Assembly (NCBI GenBank): GCA_047947115.1
Contig: CP170459.1
Coordinates: 320,001 to 384,000, forward strand
Direction: 5' to 3'
DNA from: Verrucomicrobiota bacterium
Lineage (GTDB): Bacteria > Verrucomicrobiota > Verrucomicrobiia > Limisphaerales > AAA164-E04
DNA length: 64,000 bases
Position numbers and translations under genes: made by a program. Every line of letters begins with the position of its first letter. Within the stretch, counting starts at the first letter, position 1. This document shows, piece after piece, positions 52,699-63,067 of the stretch. Under the pieces are notes generated by a model, which was not told the DNA's origin, ran no database searches, and saw only the letters and a list, made by a program, of their open reading frames with translations.

Positions 52699-53754
52699 AT
52701 GCGAATGATTGTTCAATGCATCTGTTTTTGTGTCGCCGCTTTCTCACTGAATGCGGCGGATCTCTACATTGATCTTTCCGAAAAAACAGAAGGAGGTCTG
52801 CCTAAGGATTTTGAAAGTGTGTTGGGAGGCAAAGGGAAACCTGGAAAATGGGTCATCCTTAAGGACGAGGTTCCCGGATACTTCAGGTCTTTCTCCGAAA
52901 AAGCCCTTAACACCAATGTGCGCCCCGTCCTTGCCCAGGTGTCTGAAGACCTGACCGATGAGCATTTTCCCATGCTGATCTATACCGGCCAAAACTTCAA
53001 AGACTTCACCATCAAAACCAAATTCAAACTGGTCAGCGGTGTGATTGAAACCATGGCGGGAATTGTTTTTCGCTACCAGGACGAAAACAACTACTACTAC
53101 GTCAGGGCCAGCGAGGGAGGAAGTTCGTTCGCCTTCTTCAAGGTAGTCAATGGCATCCGAAGCCAGCCTGTTAAGGTACAGGCAGAAATTCCGATCGGCA
53201 AATGGCACAGCATGAGTGTCCAGGTGGAAGGCCCGAAGATCAATGTCATCTTGAATGACAAACCCGTCATCCCGGAACTGACAGATCACACTTTCAATTC
53301 TGGAAAGATCGGCTTCTGGACCAAATCCGATGCTGTTTCATACTTTGCGGATACCGTAATCGAATATAAACCCATGGTCATTGCCGCCCAATCCATGGCC
53401 AAGGATATCCTCGAAGCATTCCCCCGCTTAGTGGACTTGAAGATTTTCGCCCCCAGTAAAAGAGGTGTACCCGCCAAAGTCATCGCAGCAATGCATGATG
53501 AAAATCTCGGTGAAGAAGAAGACGAAGCAGTTCGTGATGTGATCGCCAGCGGCAAACAATACTACGCAAAGAACAAAAAAGTGGTCACGGTCACCATGCC
53601 GGTAAGAGATCGCAATGGAGATCCTGTGGCAGCCATTCGAATCAGCATGAAATCCTTCATCGGCCAAACTCAAGCCAACGCCCTTGCCCGCGCCATCCCG
53701 GTCCTTGAACTCGTGCAGCAACGCGTGCTCTACCTCAAAGATTTTTACCAATAA
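52699..53754 (+). CDS. Secreted DUF1080/LamG-like protein with a C-terminal Cache/PDC-like domain
   Basis: AGIVFRYQDENNYY, SGKIGFWTKSD; C-terminal VTMPVRDRNGDPVAAIRI. Confidence 0.65.
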   Translation: MRMIVQCICFCVAAFSLNAADLYIDLSEKTEGGLPKDFESVLGGKGKPGKWVILKDEVPGYFRSFSEKALNTNVRPVLAQVSEDLTDEHFPMLIYTGQNFKDFTIKTKFKLVSGVIETMAGIVFRYQDENNYYYVRASEGGSSFAFFKVVNGIRSQPVKVQAEIPIGKWHSMSVQVEGPKINVILNDKPVIPELTDHTFNSGKIGFWTKSDAVSYFADTVIEYKPMVIAAQSMAKDILEAFPRLVDLKIFAPSKRGVPAKVIAAMHDENLGEEEDEAVRDVIASGKQYYAKNKKVVTVTMPVRDRNGDPVAAIRISMKSFIGQTQANALARAIPVLELVQQRVLYLKDFYQ

Positions 53755-53767
53755 GTGCAGCTTCCGC

Positions 53768-53931
53768 AGGTAGACACGGGTCGTCCCTGGCCCGTGCCTT
53801 GTGGTATCCGATAGTCAATCAGCTTTTGCTTGGGGAAGCTTCCGGTCACCCCAAGGTAAAACGTGCCGTCCCTGGCGCGTGCCTTATGGCACCCGATAGT
53901 CAATCAGCTTTCGCTTGGGGAAGCCTCCGGT
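53768..53931 (+). repeat. Two ~85-bp tandem units with REP-like palindromes
   Basis: cgtccctgg at 53782 and 53867; shared ccgatagtcaatcagcttt and gcttggggaagc; unit 1 has GTAG-acacggg...cccgtgc. Confidence 0.8.
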
Positions 53932-54060
53932 TCTCAATAGCCCAACCCTGTTTGCAACCAACATCGCACATGCGTGACTGGAGGTTTATCACGTCAGGGT
54001 TTTCCCTTGGATACCATATTTGAACAGGCAGTCACAAGGGGCGCATCGAGACGATCCGAT

Positions 54061-55143
54061 CTACCTGTTCTCCGCTTGCATCTCCTCTGGCGAAGGGCCC
54101 TCACGGACACAACGAAATCCCGTATGCGACATGGCGGTATCGGGCGCCGACTTCATCCGCCACCACAACCGATAGCCCTCACAATAAAGATCGCTGCAAA
54201 GATAAGATCCGCCGCGCATGATCTTCTTGGGAATTCCTGGTTCGTTTGGATCGTAGCTTTGGCTTGGTCCATGCGGATTTTTGGCCGGACTTTTTGCGTA
54301 ATAGTCAGGCATATACCAATCCATGCACCACTCCCAGACATTGCCCGACATATCATACAGTCCCCATGCATTCGGTGAATACTGGGCGACGGGAGCCATC
54401 CAATAATGTCCATCAGCAACCGAATTCTGATTCGGAAAATCACCCTGCCAAACATTGGCATGCCACTGATTGTCCGGAGTCAACTCATCTCCCCAGATAA
54501 ACTCGGCACCTTCCACACCTCCGCGAGCGGCATATTCCCACTCTGCTTCAGTCGGCAAACGTTTGCCCGCCCATCTGGCGTATGCAATGGCATCTTCCCA
54601 AGCCATCTGAGTGACTGGATATTCCCCCTTTCCCTGAACATCCGAAGAAGGTCCCGTGGGATGCTTCCAACTTGCTCCAGCCACATAACGCCACCAGGCA
54701 TAATGATTCCGGAGTGAAACCGGTTGACCTGGGGGTTCAAACACAATCGCACCGGCAACCAATAACGAAGGATCCGCCCCGGGGAATTGGGCCGGATCAG
54801 GTTTTCGTTCAGCCACGGTGACGTATCCGGTCTCACGAACAAATTCACCAAACTGCTCATTGGTCACTTCGGTCTTATCCATCCAGATACCCGAAATGGA
54901 AATCTCTCTCACCGGCCGTTCATCGCCTTGTCCGGATTCGCTGCCACGCCGATATGTTCCGCTTGGTATCCAGACCATGTCGTTGGTCCATGAGTAATCC
55001 CTGGCGATACGAGGCGTTTCATCACTCTGGCCACCTTCGCTTGTTGCTTCATCCGCAGGAGATCCACAACCGGAAACCAACAATCCGGTCAAGAGCCCCC
55101 CTGCTAGCAGCTGTTGCCATCCGTCCATAAATTCAATTTTCAT
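54061..55143 (-). CDS. Formylglycine-generating enzyme family (SUMF1-like) lipoprotein
   Basis: LVSGC lipobox-like, TEVTNEQF, RLPTEAEWEYAARG, GNVWEW, RGGSYLCSDLYC. Confidence 0.9.
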   Translation of the reverse strand: MKIEFMDGWQQLLAGGLLTGLLVSGCGSPADEATSEGGQSDETPRIARDYSWTNDMVWIPSGTYRRGSESGQGDERPVREISISGIWMDKTEVTNEQFGEFVRETGYVTVAERKPDPAQFPGADPSLLVAGAIVFEPPGQPVSLRNHYAWWRYVAGASWKHPTGPSSDVQGKGEYPVTQMAWEDAIAYARWAGKRLPTEAEWEYAARGGVEGAEFIWGDELTPDNQWHANVWQGDFPNQNSVADGHYWMAPVAQYSPNAWGLYDMSGNVWEWCMDWYMPDYYAKSPAKNPHGPSQSYDPNEPGIPKKIMRGGSYLCSDLYCEGYRLWWRMKSAPDTAMSHTGFRCVREGPSPEEMQAENR

Positions 55144-55201
55144 AAGAACCTTCGAATGCTTTTCTCTGGCTTTCGCACTATCATCGGTGCATATTGGCAG
55201 C

Positions 55202-56170
55202 ATGTCTGATCATCCGTTCAAGCTAAGTTTTCAAACAACTTGCAGGTTGTTTGTTGGTCTGATTGCCCTGCACTTTACAGGCAACTTCGCCCAGGCCCAA
55301 GACAAAGTGTTTTCCGGTCCTCAACCGGGTGAAACCACCACCCCTTTTAAAACCATCGAACTCCGGGGCGAACATCAGGGCGAAACCATTGATCCCATCG
55401 CTTCCAATGCCGGTTCCCCAACCACTTTGGTTTTCGTGCATGGGATCGAACGTTCCATGGCTCCTTTGATGCGTGTCATCGACAAGTTCGGGAGCCAGCA
55501 CAAGGATCAGTTGAAAACGGACTGGGTGTTCCTCAGTGACGACCCCATTGCCAGCCGCCAACGCCTTCCACAGGTCGCTCGCTCGCTCAAAATCGAAGGC
55601 CGCTTGCTGCTGTCAGCCGATGGAATCGAAGGACCCGGCAACTACGGCCTCAACAAGGAATGCCTCCTGACCATCATCGCCGCCAAGGACAACAAGGTCG
55701 CAGCCAATTTCGCGCTCATCCAACCCGGTATCGCCGATGCCGAAGCAGTCATTGGCGCACTTTCGAAACTGATCGAACTGGAAACGCCACCCACCATCGC
55801 ATCCCTGACCGAAGACATGCGCATGGCACAAGAGCAAGGACGAGGTCGCGGGGAAAACATGAGGCAGCGGGGACAAAACATGCGCCGGGGAGAAGGACGC
55901 CCTCAAGGAGGAGAACTGCCCGGAGCCGCACCAACGGATGATCGCCTCGTTGGTTATTTGAGATCTTTCATTCAACGCACCAACTCCGACGAACGTGTGG
56001 ACCAGGTGCTGAATCAGGTGAGGGATTATATCAAAGACAACAATGACCTCACCAAACAGGCCATGAACGGCTGGATCCGTGTGCTCGCCGTGAAATACGG
56101 CACTGAATACGCTCAAACCAAAGGAGCGGCATTTGTTGAAGAGCTCAAAAAACAAGTGGGATCTGAATAA
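55202..56170 (+). CDS. Secreted hypothetical protein (thioredoxin-like N-domain, helical C-domain)
   Basis: Signal peptide, FSGPQPGE, GPGNYGLN; R/G-rich linker. Confidence 0.7.
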   Translation: MSDHPFKLSFQTTCRLFVGLIALHFTGNFAQAQDKVFSGPQPGETTTPFKTIELRGEHQGETIDPIASNAGSPTTLVFVHGIERSMAPLMRVIDKFGSQHKDQLKTDWVFLSDDPIASRQRLPQVARSLKIEGRLLLSADGIEGPGNYGLNKECLLTIIAAKDNKVAANFALIQPGIADAEAVIGALSKLIELETPPTIASLTEDMRMAQEQGRGRGENMRQRGQNMRRGEGRPQGGELPGAAPTDDRLVGYLRSFIQRTNSDERVDQVLNQVRDYIKDNNDLTKQAMNGWIRVLAVKYGTEYAQTKGAAFVEELKKQVGSE

Positions 56171-56196
56171 ATCTCTCCCTGAGCCCGCCCCTCGTC

Positions 56197-58377
56197 ATGC
56201 CATTCCCAAAGATTCAATCCGAGCAGCGATCTAAATCAGGATCTTGGATTGCATGTATCATTGCTTTGTCGTGTCCGGTGATGGCATTGAAAGCAACCGA
56301 CGCAATCAACAACACACCACACTTCACAAACGAAATCGTCCCCATCCTGACCAAAGCAGGCTGCAATTCCGGTGCCTGTCACGGCGCGGCGACCGGCAAG
56401 GGCGGTTTCAAGCTGAGTTTGTTCGCCGAGGATCCACAAGCCGATTATGAGGCTATCACGCGTGACCGGTTCGCCCGAAGATTAAACCTCGATCACCCGG
56501 AAGAAAGTTTGGTCCTGCAAAAAGCTTCTCAGCAGATCGATCACGAAGGAGGACGACGGTTGCGCAGTTCTTCCGACAACTTCGCCCGATTGAAACAGTG
56601 GATCACTCATGGCGCCCCAATGGGCAACCCTGCGATTGCCTGCAAAGAACTCCTCGTTTCGCCCCCCGAAATCCGGGCCAAGGCCAAAGGTGATGCTATC
56701 GCCATCAAAGTCGAGGCTCTGATGGCCGACGGTTCCCGCAAGGATGTCACCCGGTGGTGCGTGTTTGATTGCATGGATGAAGGTATCGCCGATGTCACTG
56801 GGCAAGGCGAAGTGGTGTTTCAAAACCATGGCGTCACATCCGTACTGATTCGATTTGGAGCGCTGACCAGTTCCTGTCGCGTGGGATTGCCCTACCCGGT
56901 CGAAAATCCCATAAAATACGAATCCGCTCATCACCCGGTCGACGTCATACTTCAAGCTGAATGGAACAAGTGGAACCTTGAACCTGAAACCACGGCAGCA
57001 ACGCACACACTGGTCCGCAGATTGTTTCTGGATTTGACCGGACAGATTCCATCTCCAGAAGAAACGGTGCATTGGACCCAGGAAGCAGCCTCTGACAGCG
57101 GCTACCATCAATTGGTCAAACACCTGATATCCACTCCCGATTTTGCAGATTTCTGGAGTTTGCGCTTTGCTGATTGGTTGTTGGTGGACACCAAGAAACT
57201 CGGACCGGAAAATGGGGACGCTTATTACTCATGGCTCAAGGAGCAGATCAAATCAGATCAGTCCATGTTGAACACCATCCGGACATTGATCGAAGCCAGG
57301 GGGTCCTTTTCGAATTACGCACCCGCTAATTTCAATCGTCAGGCAACGGATCCGCGTGACATGGCGGAATATGTCGGCCAGACCCTGCTGGGTGCAAGGA
57401 TCGCCTGCGCGCGTTGCCACAATCATCCGGTCGATGAATGGACGCTGACCGATTACCATGATTTCGCAGCCATTTTTTCAAAGACCGGTCTGGAAAATGG
57501 GGCAGTCGTGTTCAAAGATCTCGGCGAAGTCCCCCACCCCAAAACCGGCAACGCCAGCACACCTCGCCCATTGGGAGTTTCCGCGGGAATGATCCATCCC
57601 GACGAAAAAGACCCAATCAAAGTGCTGGGAGAATGGTTGGCTACACAAGGATCAGATCGGTTTGCGCGCGCTTTTGCCAACAGAATTTGGAAACACCTGT
57701 TCGGCAGCGGCATCGTGGAACCGGTAGATGACCTGCGTTCAACCAATCCTCCCCTGATTCCAAATCTGCTTGAAACACTGGCAGAACTATGGAGCGAGAA
57801 AGACTATCGTTTCACCTCGTTGATAGAACTGGTGGTGACCTCCAATGCCTATCGACAGCAATCGGATTTCAACGCCTTTCGCGGCACGCCCCGGGGTTTC
57901 TTCAACGCCATGACGCCACGCGCATATGAAGGGCGCGTACTGGTGGACGCCATTCGTGGCATCACACAACAGCCTGATTATCTCATCGAAGTGCTGGCGG
58001 GCCAAAACGCCATCAACACATGGGATCACCGTCAGGAATCTTTTGCGCTGGATGTCCTCGGACGCTGCAAACGTGAAGACCCGTGCCAGGAATCCGGTTC
58101 CTCAGGGGGTGGATTAACCAAATCGCTCTATCTCTTCAACGATCCGGAATTGCAATCATTACTGGAAAATGCATCGACAAAATGGATTCAACAAATCAAC
58201 TTCAACACTGAAGCGCTACTGCGGGAAGTTTATTTGAGAACGTTTTCACGCACTCCGACACCCGAAGAATTGAAACACTGGTCAAATGTTCTGAAAGATT
58301 CCGATTCAAAAGCTGAGGCCCTTTCAGACATGCTCTGGGCCATGCTGAACAGTCGAGAGTTTCTCTGGATCCATTGA
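56197..58377 (+). CDS. DUF1549/DUF1553 (PSCyt2/PSD1) protein with Ig-like domain
   Basis: CNSGACHG, RRLFLDLTG, CARCHNHP, GIVEPVDD, WAMLNSREF. Confidence 0.88.
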   Translation: MPFPKIQSEQRSKSGSWIACIIALSCPVMALKATDAINNTPHFTNEIVPILTKAGCNSGACHGAATGKGGFKLSLFAEDPQADYEAITRDRFARRLNLDHPEESLVLQKASQQIDHEGGRRLRSSSDNFARLKQWITHGAPMGNPAIACKELLVSPPEIRAKAKGDAIAIKVEALMADGSRKDVTRWCVFDCMDEGIADVTGQGEVVFQNHGVTSVLIRFGALTSSCRVGLPYPVENPIKYESAHHPVDVILQAEWNKWNLEPETTAATHTLVRRLFLDLTGQIPSPEETVHWTQEAASDSGYHQLVKHLISTPDFADFWSLRFADWLLVDTKKLGPENGDAYYSWLKEQIKSDQSMLNTIRTLIEARGSFSNYAPANFNRQATDPRDMAEYVGQTLLGARIACARCHNHPVDEWTLTDYHDFAAIFSKTGLENGAVVFKDLGEVPHPKTGNASTPRPLGVSAGMIHPDEKDPIKVLGEWLATQGSDRFARAFANRIWKHLFGSGIVEPVDDLRSTNPPLIPNLLETLAELWSEKDYRFTSLIELVVTSNAYRQQSDFNAFRGTPRGFFNAMTPRAYEGRVLVDAIRGITQQPDYLIEVLAGQNAINTWDHRQESFALDVLGRCKREDPCQESGSSGGGLTKSLYLFNDPELQSLLENASTKWIQQINFNTEALLREVYLRTFSRTPTPEELKHWSNVLKDSDSKAEALSDMLWAMLNSREFLWIH

Positions 58378-58398
58378 CATTCAACTTTGAGATACCCC

Positions 58399-59733
58399 AT
58401 GAAGCCACAATCCTCCCTATTTCGTTGCGATGGCATCAACCGCCGGGATTTCCTGCACATCGGCCTGATGACAGGTCTCGGCATGAACATGGCAGACCTG
58501 CTTCGCGGACGCGCCCTTGCTTCCACGCCTAACGGCAGGACAGGCGCCACCAAAGCCAAATCATGCATTCTTATCTGGTTGGATGGTGGACCGAGCCACC
58601 TTGAAACATTCGATCTGAAACCGGACGCTCCGGTGGAAATCCGAGGGGAATTCAAACCGATTGCCACAGATGTCTCCGGCATCCAAATCAGTGAACACCT
58701 CCCCAGAACCGCGCAAGTCATGAAGCATGTTGCACTCATCCGATCCATGACCCATGAATTCGGAAATCACAACACTGGAAGTCACTATCTTTTGACCGGC
58801 AACAAACCGTCCCCAGTACTGGAATACCCCAGTTTGGGAAGCATCTATGCACAACAATCCGGCCTTGAAAAAGTATTACCCCCTTATGTAGCCATTCCGG
58901 AAGGAGTAACATACGCAGGCTCAGGTTTTCTCCCCGCCACCTATCAACCTTTTTCACTCGGAGGGGATCCATCCAAGCCGGATTTCCGGGTCCGAAACTT
59001 GAATCCGCCAGCAAGCCTCAGCCTGCAGCGCGTGGAACGTCGTCGTGAAATGCAACAATTTCTGGACAAAGTCAAACGCTCCACAGAAGAAAACCCCATC
59101 GACACACCGCTCGACACCTACTACGAACAAGCTTACGCGCTACTGACATCTCCCGAATCACAGGCTGCATTTGCTTTGGAAAAAGAATCGCCCCGCGCTC
59201 GTGAACGCTATGGAAAAACTCGGATCGGCACTGGCTGCCTGATGGCCCGCAGGATGGTGGAACACGGTGTCGGTTTTGTGACCATCGTTGACAAAGGCTG
59301 GGACATGCACACCCAGATCTTCAAGAACATGCCGGACGCCCTTTTCCGTGGCAGCGGCAAACTGCCTTCTTTGGACCATGCTTACTCAGGATTGATCACC
59401 GATCTTCACGAGCGAGGGCTGCTGGATTCAACACTCGTCATCCTTATGGGAGAATTCGGGCGCACACCGAAGATCAACGACCGCGCCGGTCGCGACCACT
59501 GGCCACGGGCAGGCTTTGTCTGCATGGCGGGCGGAGGTGTCCGGGGTGGACAAGTGATCGGAGCCACCGACGCCTACGGAGAAGCCCCCAGCGAACAACC
59601 CGTCCCCCCGGAAGACTTGGCCTGGAGCACTCTGGAACTACTCGGCATTCAACCCGACTTCGCCTACCAAGCCCCCAACGGTCGTCCTATCCAATGGGTC
59701 AAAGGTGGCAAATCCATCGAAGGACTCACATGA
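58399..59733 (+). CDS. DUF1501 family protein, Tat-exported
   Basis: NRRDFLH, WLDGGPSHLETFDLKP, WDMH, GEFGRTP, GRDHW. Confidence 0.9.
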   Translation: MKPQSSLFRCDGINRRDFLHIGLMTGLGMNMADLLRGRALASTPNGRTGATKAKSCILIWLDGGPSHLETFDLKPDAPVEIRGEFKPIATDVSGIQISEHLPRTAQVMKHVALIRSMTHEFGNHNTGSHYLLTGNKPSPVLEYPSLGSIYAQQSGLEKVLPPYVAIPEGVTYAGSGFLPATYQPFSLGGDPSKPDFRVRNLNPPASLSLQRVERRREMQQFLDKVKRSTEENPIDTPLDTYYEQAYALLTSPESQAAFALEKESPRARERYGKTRIGTGCLMARRMVEHGVGFVTIVDKGWDMHTQIFKNMPDALFRGSGKLPSLDHAYSGLITDLHERGLLDSTLVILMGEFGRTPKINDRAGRDHWPRAGFVCMAGGGVRGGQVIGATDAYGEAPSEQPVPPEDLAWSTLELLGIQPDFAYQAPNGRPIQWVKGGKSIEGLT

Positions 59734-60746
59734 TGCGCCCCACCTTTTGCATCATCAGGGCGCTTTGTCTGTATTTGCTGATCAAGGGCCTTTCTCTGGC
59801 GGGAACGTCGGTGGTCGACATAACATTTCATCCAAGCGAACCCATTGCGGTCTGGAACGGGGATTACTCGGTAATCGTCCATTCGATGAATGATTCATCT
59901 TCCGAACGGAAGATACATATCGATCCCATCAAGACAGGCATGTTCCGAATACATGGATTGACATTTCATCCAAGCGGTAAATACCTCGCTCTCGCCGGGG
60001 GATCTCCAGGAACAAAAGGAAGCGTATTGGTCTTGAACTGGCCTGACGGGGAAGTGGTGGCAAATCAATTACTGGAAGACGAGTGGATGACTTGCATCGC
60101 GTTTTCCAATCAAGGTTCACAGCTGGCGGTTGGCGCGGGAAATTCGGATATACTGATCTTTGATTTCACTCAAGCTGGCAATACTCTGAAACAAACCCAA
60201 ATCCTCCAAGGCCATGCCGGATCCGTAATGGACCTTCTTTATGATGAAAGCGACCAGTGGTTGGTCAGCGGCGGTTCCGATCGATCGGTTAAAATATGGA
60301 ACATGGAAAAAGGAGAACTCCACCGAACCTACTCTCATCACACAGGCATCGTTTATTCAACCGCATTGCGCCCATCTCAACCAAACAGCGCAGAACTCCC
60401 CTTTTACATCGCAACGGCATCCACCGATCAAACCGTCCGAATCTGGCAACCGGAAATCGGACGTATGGTAAGAATTGTGCGCAACCAACAAACCGAATTG
60501 TTCGCAGTCGCCTACCACCCTTCCGGAAACTGGATGGCTTCGGCCGGGAAGGACGGGGTGATCCATTTCATCAATGCCAATTCGGATCAAATCCTGAAAT
60601 CAATCAGAGTTCATGATGACTGGATATATGCACTTTCCTTTTCCCCGAACGGCGAATGGTTGGCCAGTGGAGACTGGAAGGGAAAGGTGCAATTCCAACC
60701 TGTCTCCGCCGATCTTTCCGCAGAGGCAACGGATGCCAAACCTTGA
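59730..60746 (+). CDS. WD40-repeat protein
   Basis: GH...SGGSDRSVKIWN and ASTDQTVRIW repeats; ATGA-coupled. Confidence 0.88.
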   Translation: MMRPTFCIIRALCLYLLIKGLSLAGTSVVDITFHPSEPIAVWNGDYSVIVHSMNDSSSERKIHIDPIKTGMFRIHGLTFHPSGKYLALAGGSPGTKGSVLVLNWPDGEVVANQLLEDEWMTCIAFSNQGSQLAVGAGNSDILIFDFTQAGNTLKQTQILQGHAGSVMDLLYDESDQWLVSGGSDRSVKIWNMEKGELHRTYSHHTGIVYSTALRPSQPNSAELPFYIATASTDQTVRIWQPEIGRMVRIVRNQQTELFAVAYHPSGNWMASAGKDGVIHFINANSDQILKSIRVHDDWIYALSFSPNGEWLASGDWKGKVQFQPVSADLSAEATDAKP

Positions 60747-60752
60747 AATCAT

Positions 60753-61649
60753 TCAGTCCGCATCCACCTGGAAAAATTTAAAAAAGACCATCTGGTATTG
60801 ATTGATGAAACTATCGATCCCAATACGACCTGTTGGCTGCAATCGTGTGTTGTCCCACCCATTGAAGTTCGTGGTCGCAAACAAATAATCAAGAGTGCCC
60901 GCTTTTGGTGTCCAGTGGATTTCGACACTACCGGTTTCACGCCGCACAACATTCGCAGTGGTCGAACGAATAACCGGCAGGGGATCTTGTAATCCTTTGA
61001 CGGCAAAAACCTGAGCCTCCTCCCCCAGTCTAAGGATAAAAACCGATTCTATGACAGGGGCCGTTACTGGCAGATCCACCTGCCCCGTTCGGAGATTCAG
61101 TGTGACCGGAACCTTTCCCAAAGCAGTCACAATATCCATCCCCTCCACCACTTCACCAAACACGGAATGTTTATCGTCCAGATGAGGCGTAGGAGCGAGG
61201 GTCACGAAAAACTGACTTCCATTGGTGTTGGGGCCGGAGTTGGCCATCGAGAGAATGCCAGCCTTGCTGTGACGAAGTTCGGAATGAAATTCATCCTTGA
61301 ATTGATACCCTGGGCCATCGTTGCCCAACCCGTTTCGGGAACCACCCTGAATCACAAACCCAGGCACCACCCGATGAAACGTCAAACCATCAAAGTAAGC
61401 ATCCTCACGCAACCGGCCATCACGGAAATCCAGCCAGGCCTGGTCCCCTTCAGCCAAACCCACAAAACTAGCGACGGTTCTGGGAACTTTCTCATGATTC
61501 AACTTAGCAACAAACTCACCCAAACTGGTTTGAAACACGGCATAAACCCCTGGATCTGTCGGCGCAGCGCCGACGGAAACTGAGACGAACAATGAACCCG
61601 CAAGCAAGATCATTCCGAGTAAAGAACTGAATCGTTGGTATTTTTTCAT
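60753..61649 (-). CDS. Cyclophilin-type peptidyl-prolyl isomerase, secreted, with extra C-terminal domain
   Basis: FHRVVPGFVIQGG, SMANSGPNTNGSQFF, HLDDKHSVFG. Confidence 0.92.
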   Translation of the reverse strand: MKKYQRFSSLLGMILLAGSLFVSVSVGAAPTDPGVYAVFQTSLGEFVAKLNHEKVPRTVASFVGLAEGDQAWLDFRDGRLREDAYFDGLTFHRVVPGFVIQGGSRNGLGNDGPGYQFKDEFHSELRHSKAGILSMANSGPNTNGSQFFVTLAPTPHLDDKHSVFGEVVEGMDIVTALGKVPVTLNLRTGQVDLPVTAPVIESVFILRLGEEAQVFAVKGLQDPLPVIRSTTANVVRRETGSVEIHWTPKAGTLDYLFATTNFNGWDNTRLQPTGRIGIDSFINQYQMVFFKFFQVDAD

Positions 61650-61733
61650 GAGTATCCCTCCATTGAGAACAAAAACCAAACGGGGTTTTAAGGAAAAAGC
61701 CAAGCAGTAAATGCCCCATTCAACAACTCCTTG

Positions 61734-62420
61734 TCAGCACCCCTCTCCAAGAACCAAAAGCTGCTCCTCAAGCTGTCGGATCAATTCCTCCCGATCTTCC
61801 GGAGAAGCATCCCGAGAAACCTGAATGGGTTCACCGAAACGCACATGACACTTTGAAAATGGTTTTGGGATTATAAATGCATCCCAGCTGTTCAACGTCC
61901 ATTTGGAAGAAAAATTCAAGGACACCGGCACAATGGGGTTTCCGGTCAACTGACCAAGGCTGATCACTCCGCCCTGCACCTTGTACTTGGGCCCCCTTGG
62001 TCCATCGGGGGTCAGAGCCAGATCGTATCCATTGCGCTGTAGAGTTACCAACTCCTTCAATGCTTGTGATCCACGACGGCTAGAAGACCCGCGAACAGGA
62101 TGAACATCATAAGATTTCAGTACAACAGACAAAAGCGCGCCATCGTTACTGGCGCTGACCAAGACCCCCAATTGTCGATCAGAATGGAATTGACGCAAAT
62201 ATCGCGAACGCACCTCCAGACACAACGACAACCGATTGTGCCAAATACAGAAGATCGCGGGATGCAGCTTCCCTGTTTGATGTGGATCGATAAATTGAAA
62301 CCGAACCGTTGCTGCCAATCCTTTGATGAGAAAACTCAGAAATGTTCCCGCGATGCGATCCAGAAAACCCGGCTGCTTTGGTGGACGGCGATTTTTAGGA
62401 ATGGTAGGCGATTCAACCAT
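61734..62420 (-). CDS. DUF374/lysophospholipid acyltransferase family protein
   Basis: IWHNR, SASNDG, VRGSSSRRG, TPDGPRGP, SWDAFIIPKPF. Confidence 0.85.
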   Translation of the reverse strand: MVESPTIPKNRRPPKQPGFLDRIAGTFLSFLIKGLAATVRFQFIDPHQTGKLHPAIFCIWHNRLSLCLEVRSRYLRQFHSDRQLGVLVSASNDGALLSVVLKSYDVHPVRGSSSRRGSQALKELVTLQRNGYDLALTPDGPRGPKYKVQGGVISLGQLTGNPIVPVSLNFSSKWTLNSWDAFIIPKPFSKCHVRFGEPIQVSRDASPEDREELIRQLEEQLLVLGEGC

Positions 62421-62443
62421 ATACAGGAACCAGTCGGGCCCGG

Positions 62444-63043
62444 TTATTGCTGCAACCCGGCCCTGACCAGACGATCAAGCTCCGCATCATCACCCAACAC
62501 TGCCTGGGCGGCCTTGATTCGTTTCAGGGCATCGGGTTGTTTGTATCCCAATGCCACCAGAGCAGCCACGGCATCGCCGAGTTTTTCTTCAGCCGGAGTG
62601 GCTCCACGTTCGTCACTCCTGGCTTCCCATTCACCTACCTTACCGATCTTGTCCTTCAGCTCGACAATGACACGTTCAGCGGTCTTTTTACCCAGACCAG
62701 GTATACGGGAAAGCCCTTTTACGTCATTATTGGCCACCGCGCCCCGAAACATCGTGGGCGTCATTCCACTCAGCACGTTCAATGCAATTTTTGGACCAAT
62801 ACCACTGACCGTCTGCACCAACAGAAGAAAAAGTTCCCGTTCGGCTGAGGACATAAAACCGTACAGAATATGGGCATCCTCACGTACTGCCAGGTGAGTC
62901 AGAATTTTACACACATTTCCCGGCGCCGGAAGACGGTCATACGAAGACACCGGAATCAGGACATGATACCCCACTCCCTGAACATCGATCAGGATGTGAG
63001 TGGGATGTGCCTCAACTAATTTCCCTTGAAGAAAAGCGATCAT
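62444..63043 (-). CDS. ruvA: Holliday junction branch migration protein RuvA
   Basis: MIAFLQG, GVGY, VREDAHILYGF, SGIGPK, PGLGKKTAER, ALVALGY. Confidence 0.96.
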   Translation of the reverse strand: MIAFLQGKLVEAHPTHILIDVQGVGYHVLIPVSSYDRLPAPGNVCKILTHLAVREDAHILYGFMSSAERELFLLLVQTVSGIGPKIALNVLSGMTPTMFRGAVANNDVKGLSRIPGLGKKTAERVIVELKDKIGKVGEWEARSDERGATPAEEKLGDAVAALVALGYKQPDALKRIKAAQAVLGDDAELDRLVRAGLQQ

Positions 63044-63067
63044 GAACGAAACAACTTAAGTTAAAAA

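Noticed and set aside
52428..52772. 114-aa ORF in a long intergenic region
   Set aside because: Overlaps the next gene by 74 bp and has no recognisable motif; the N-half looks protein-like but cannot be supported
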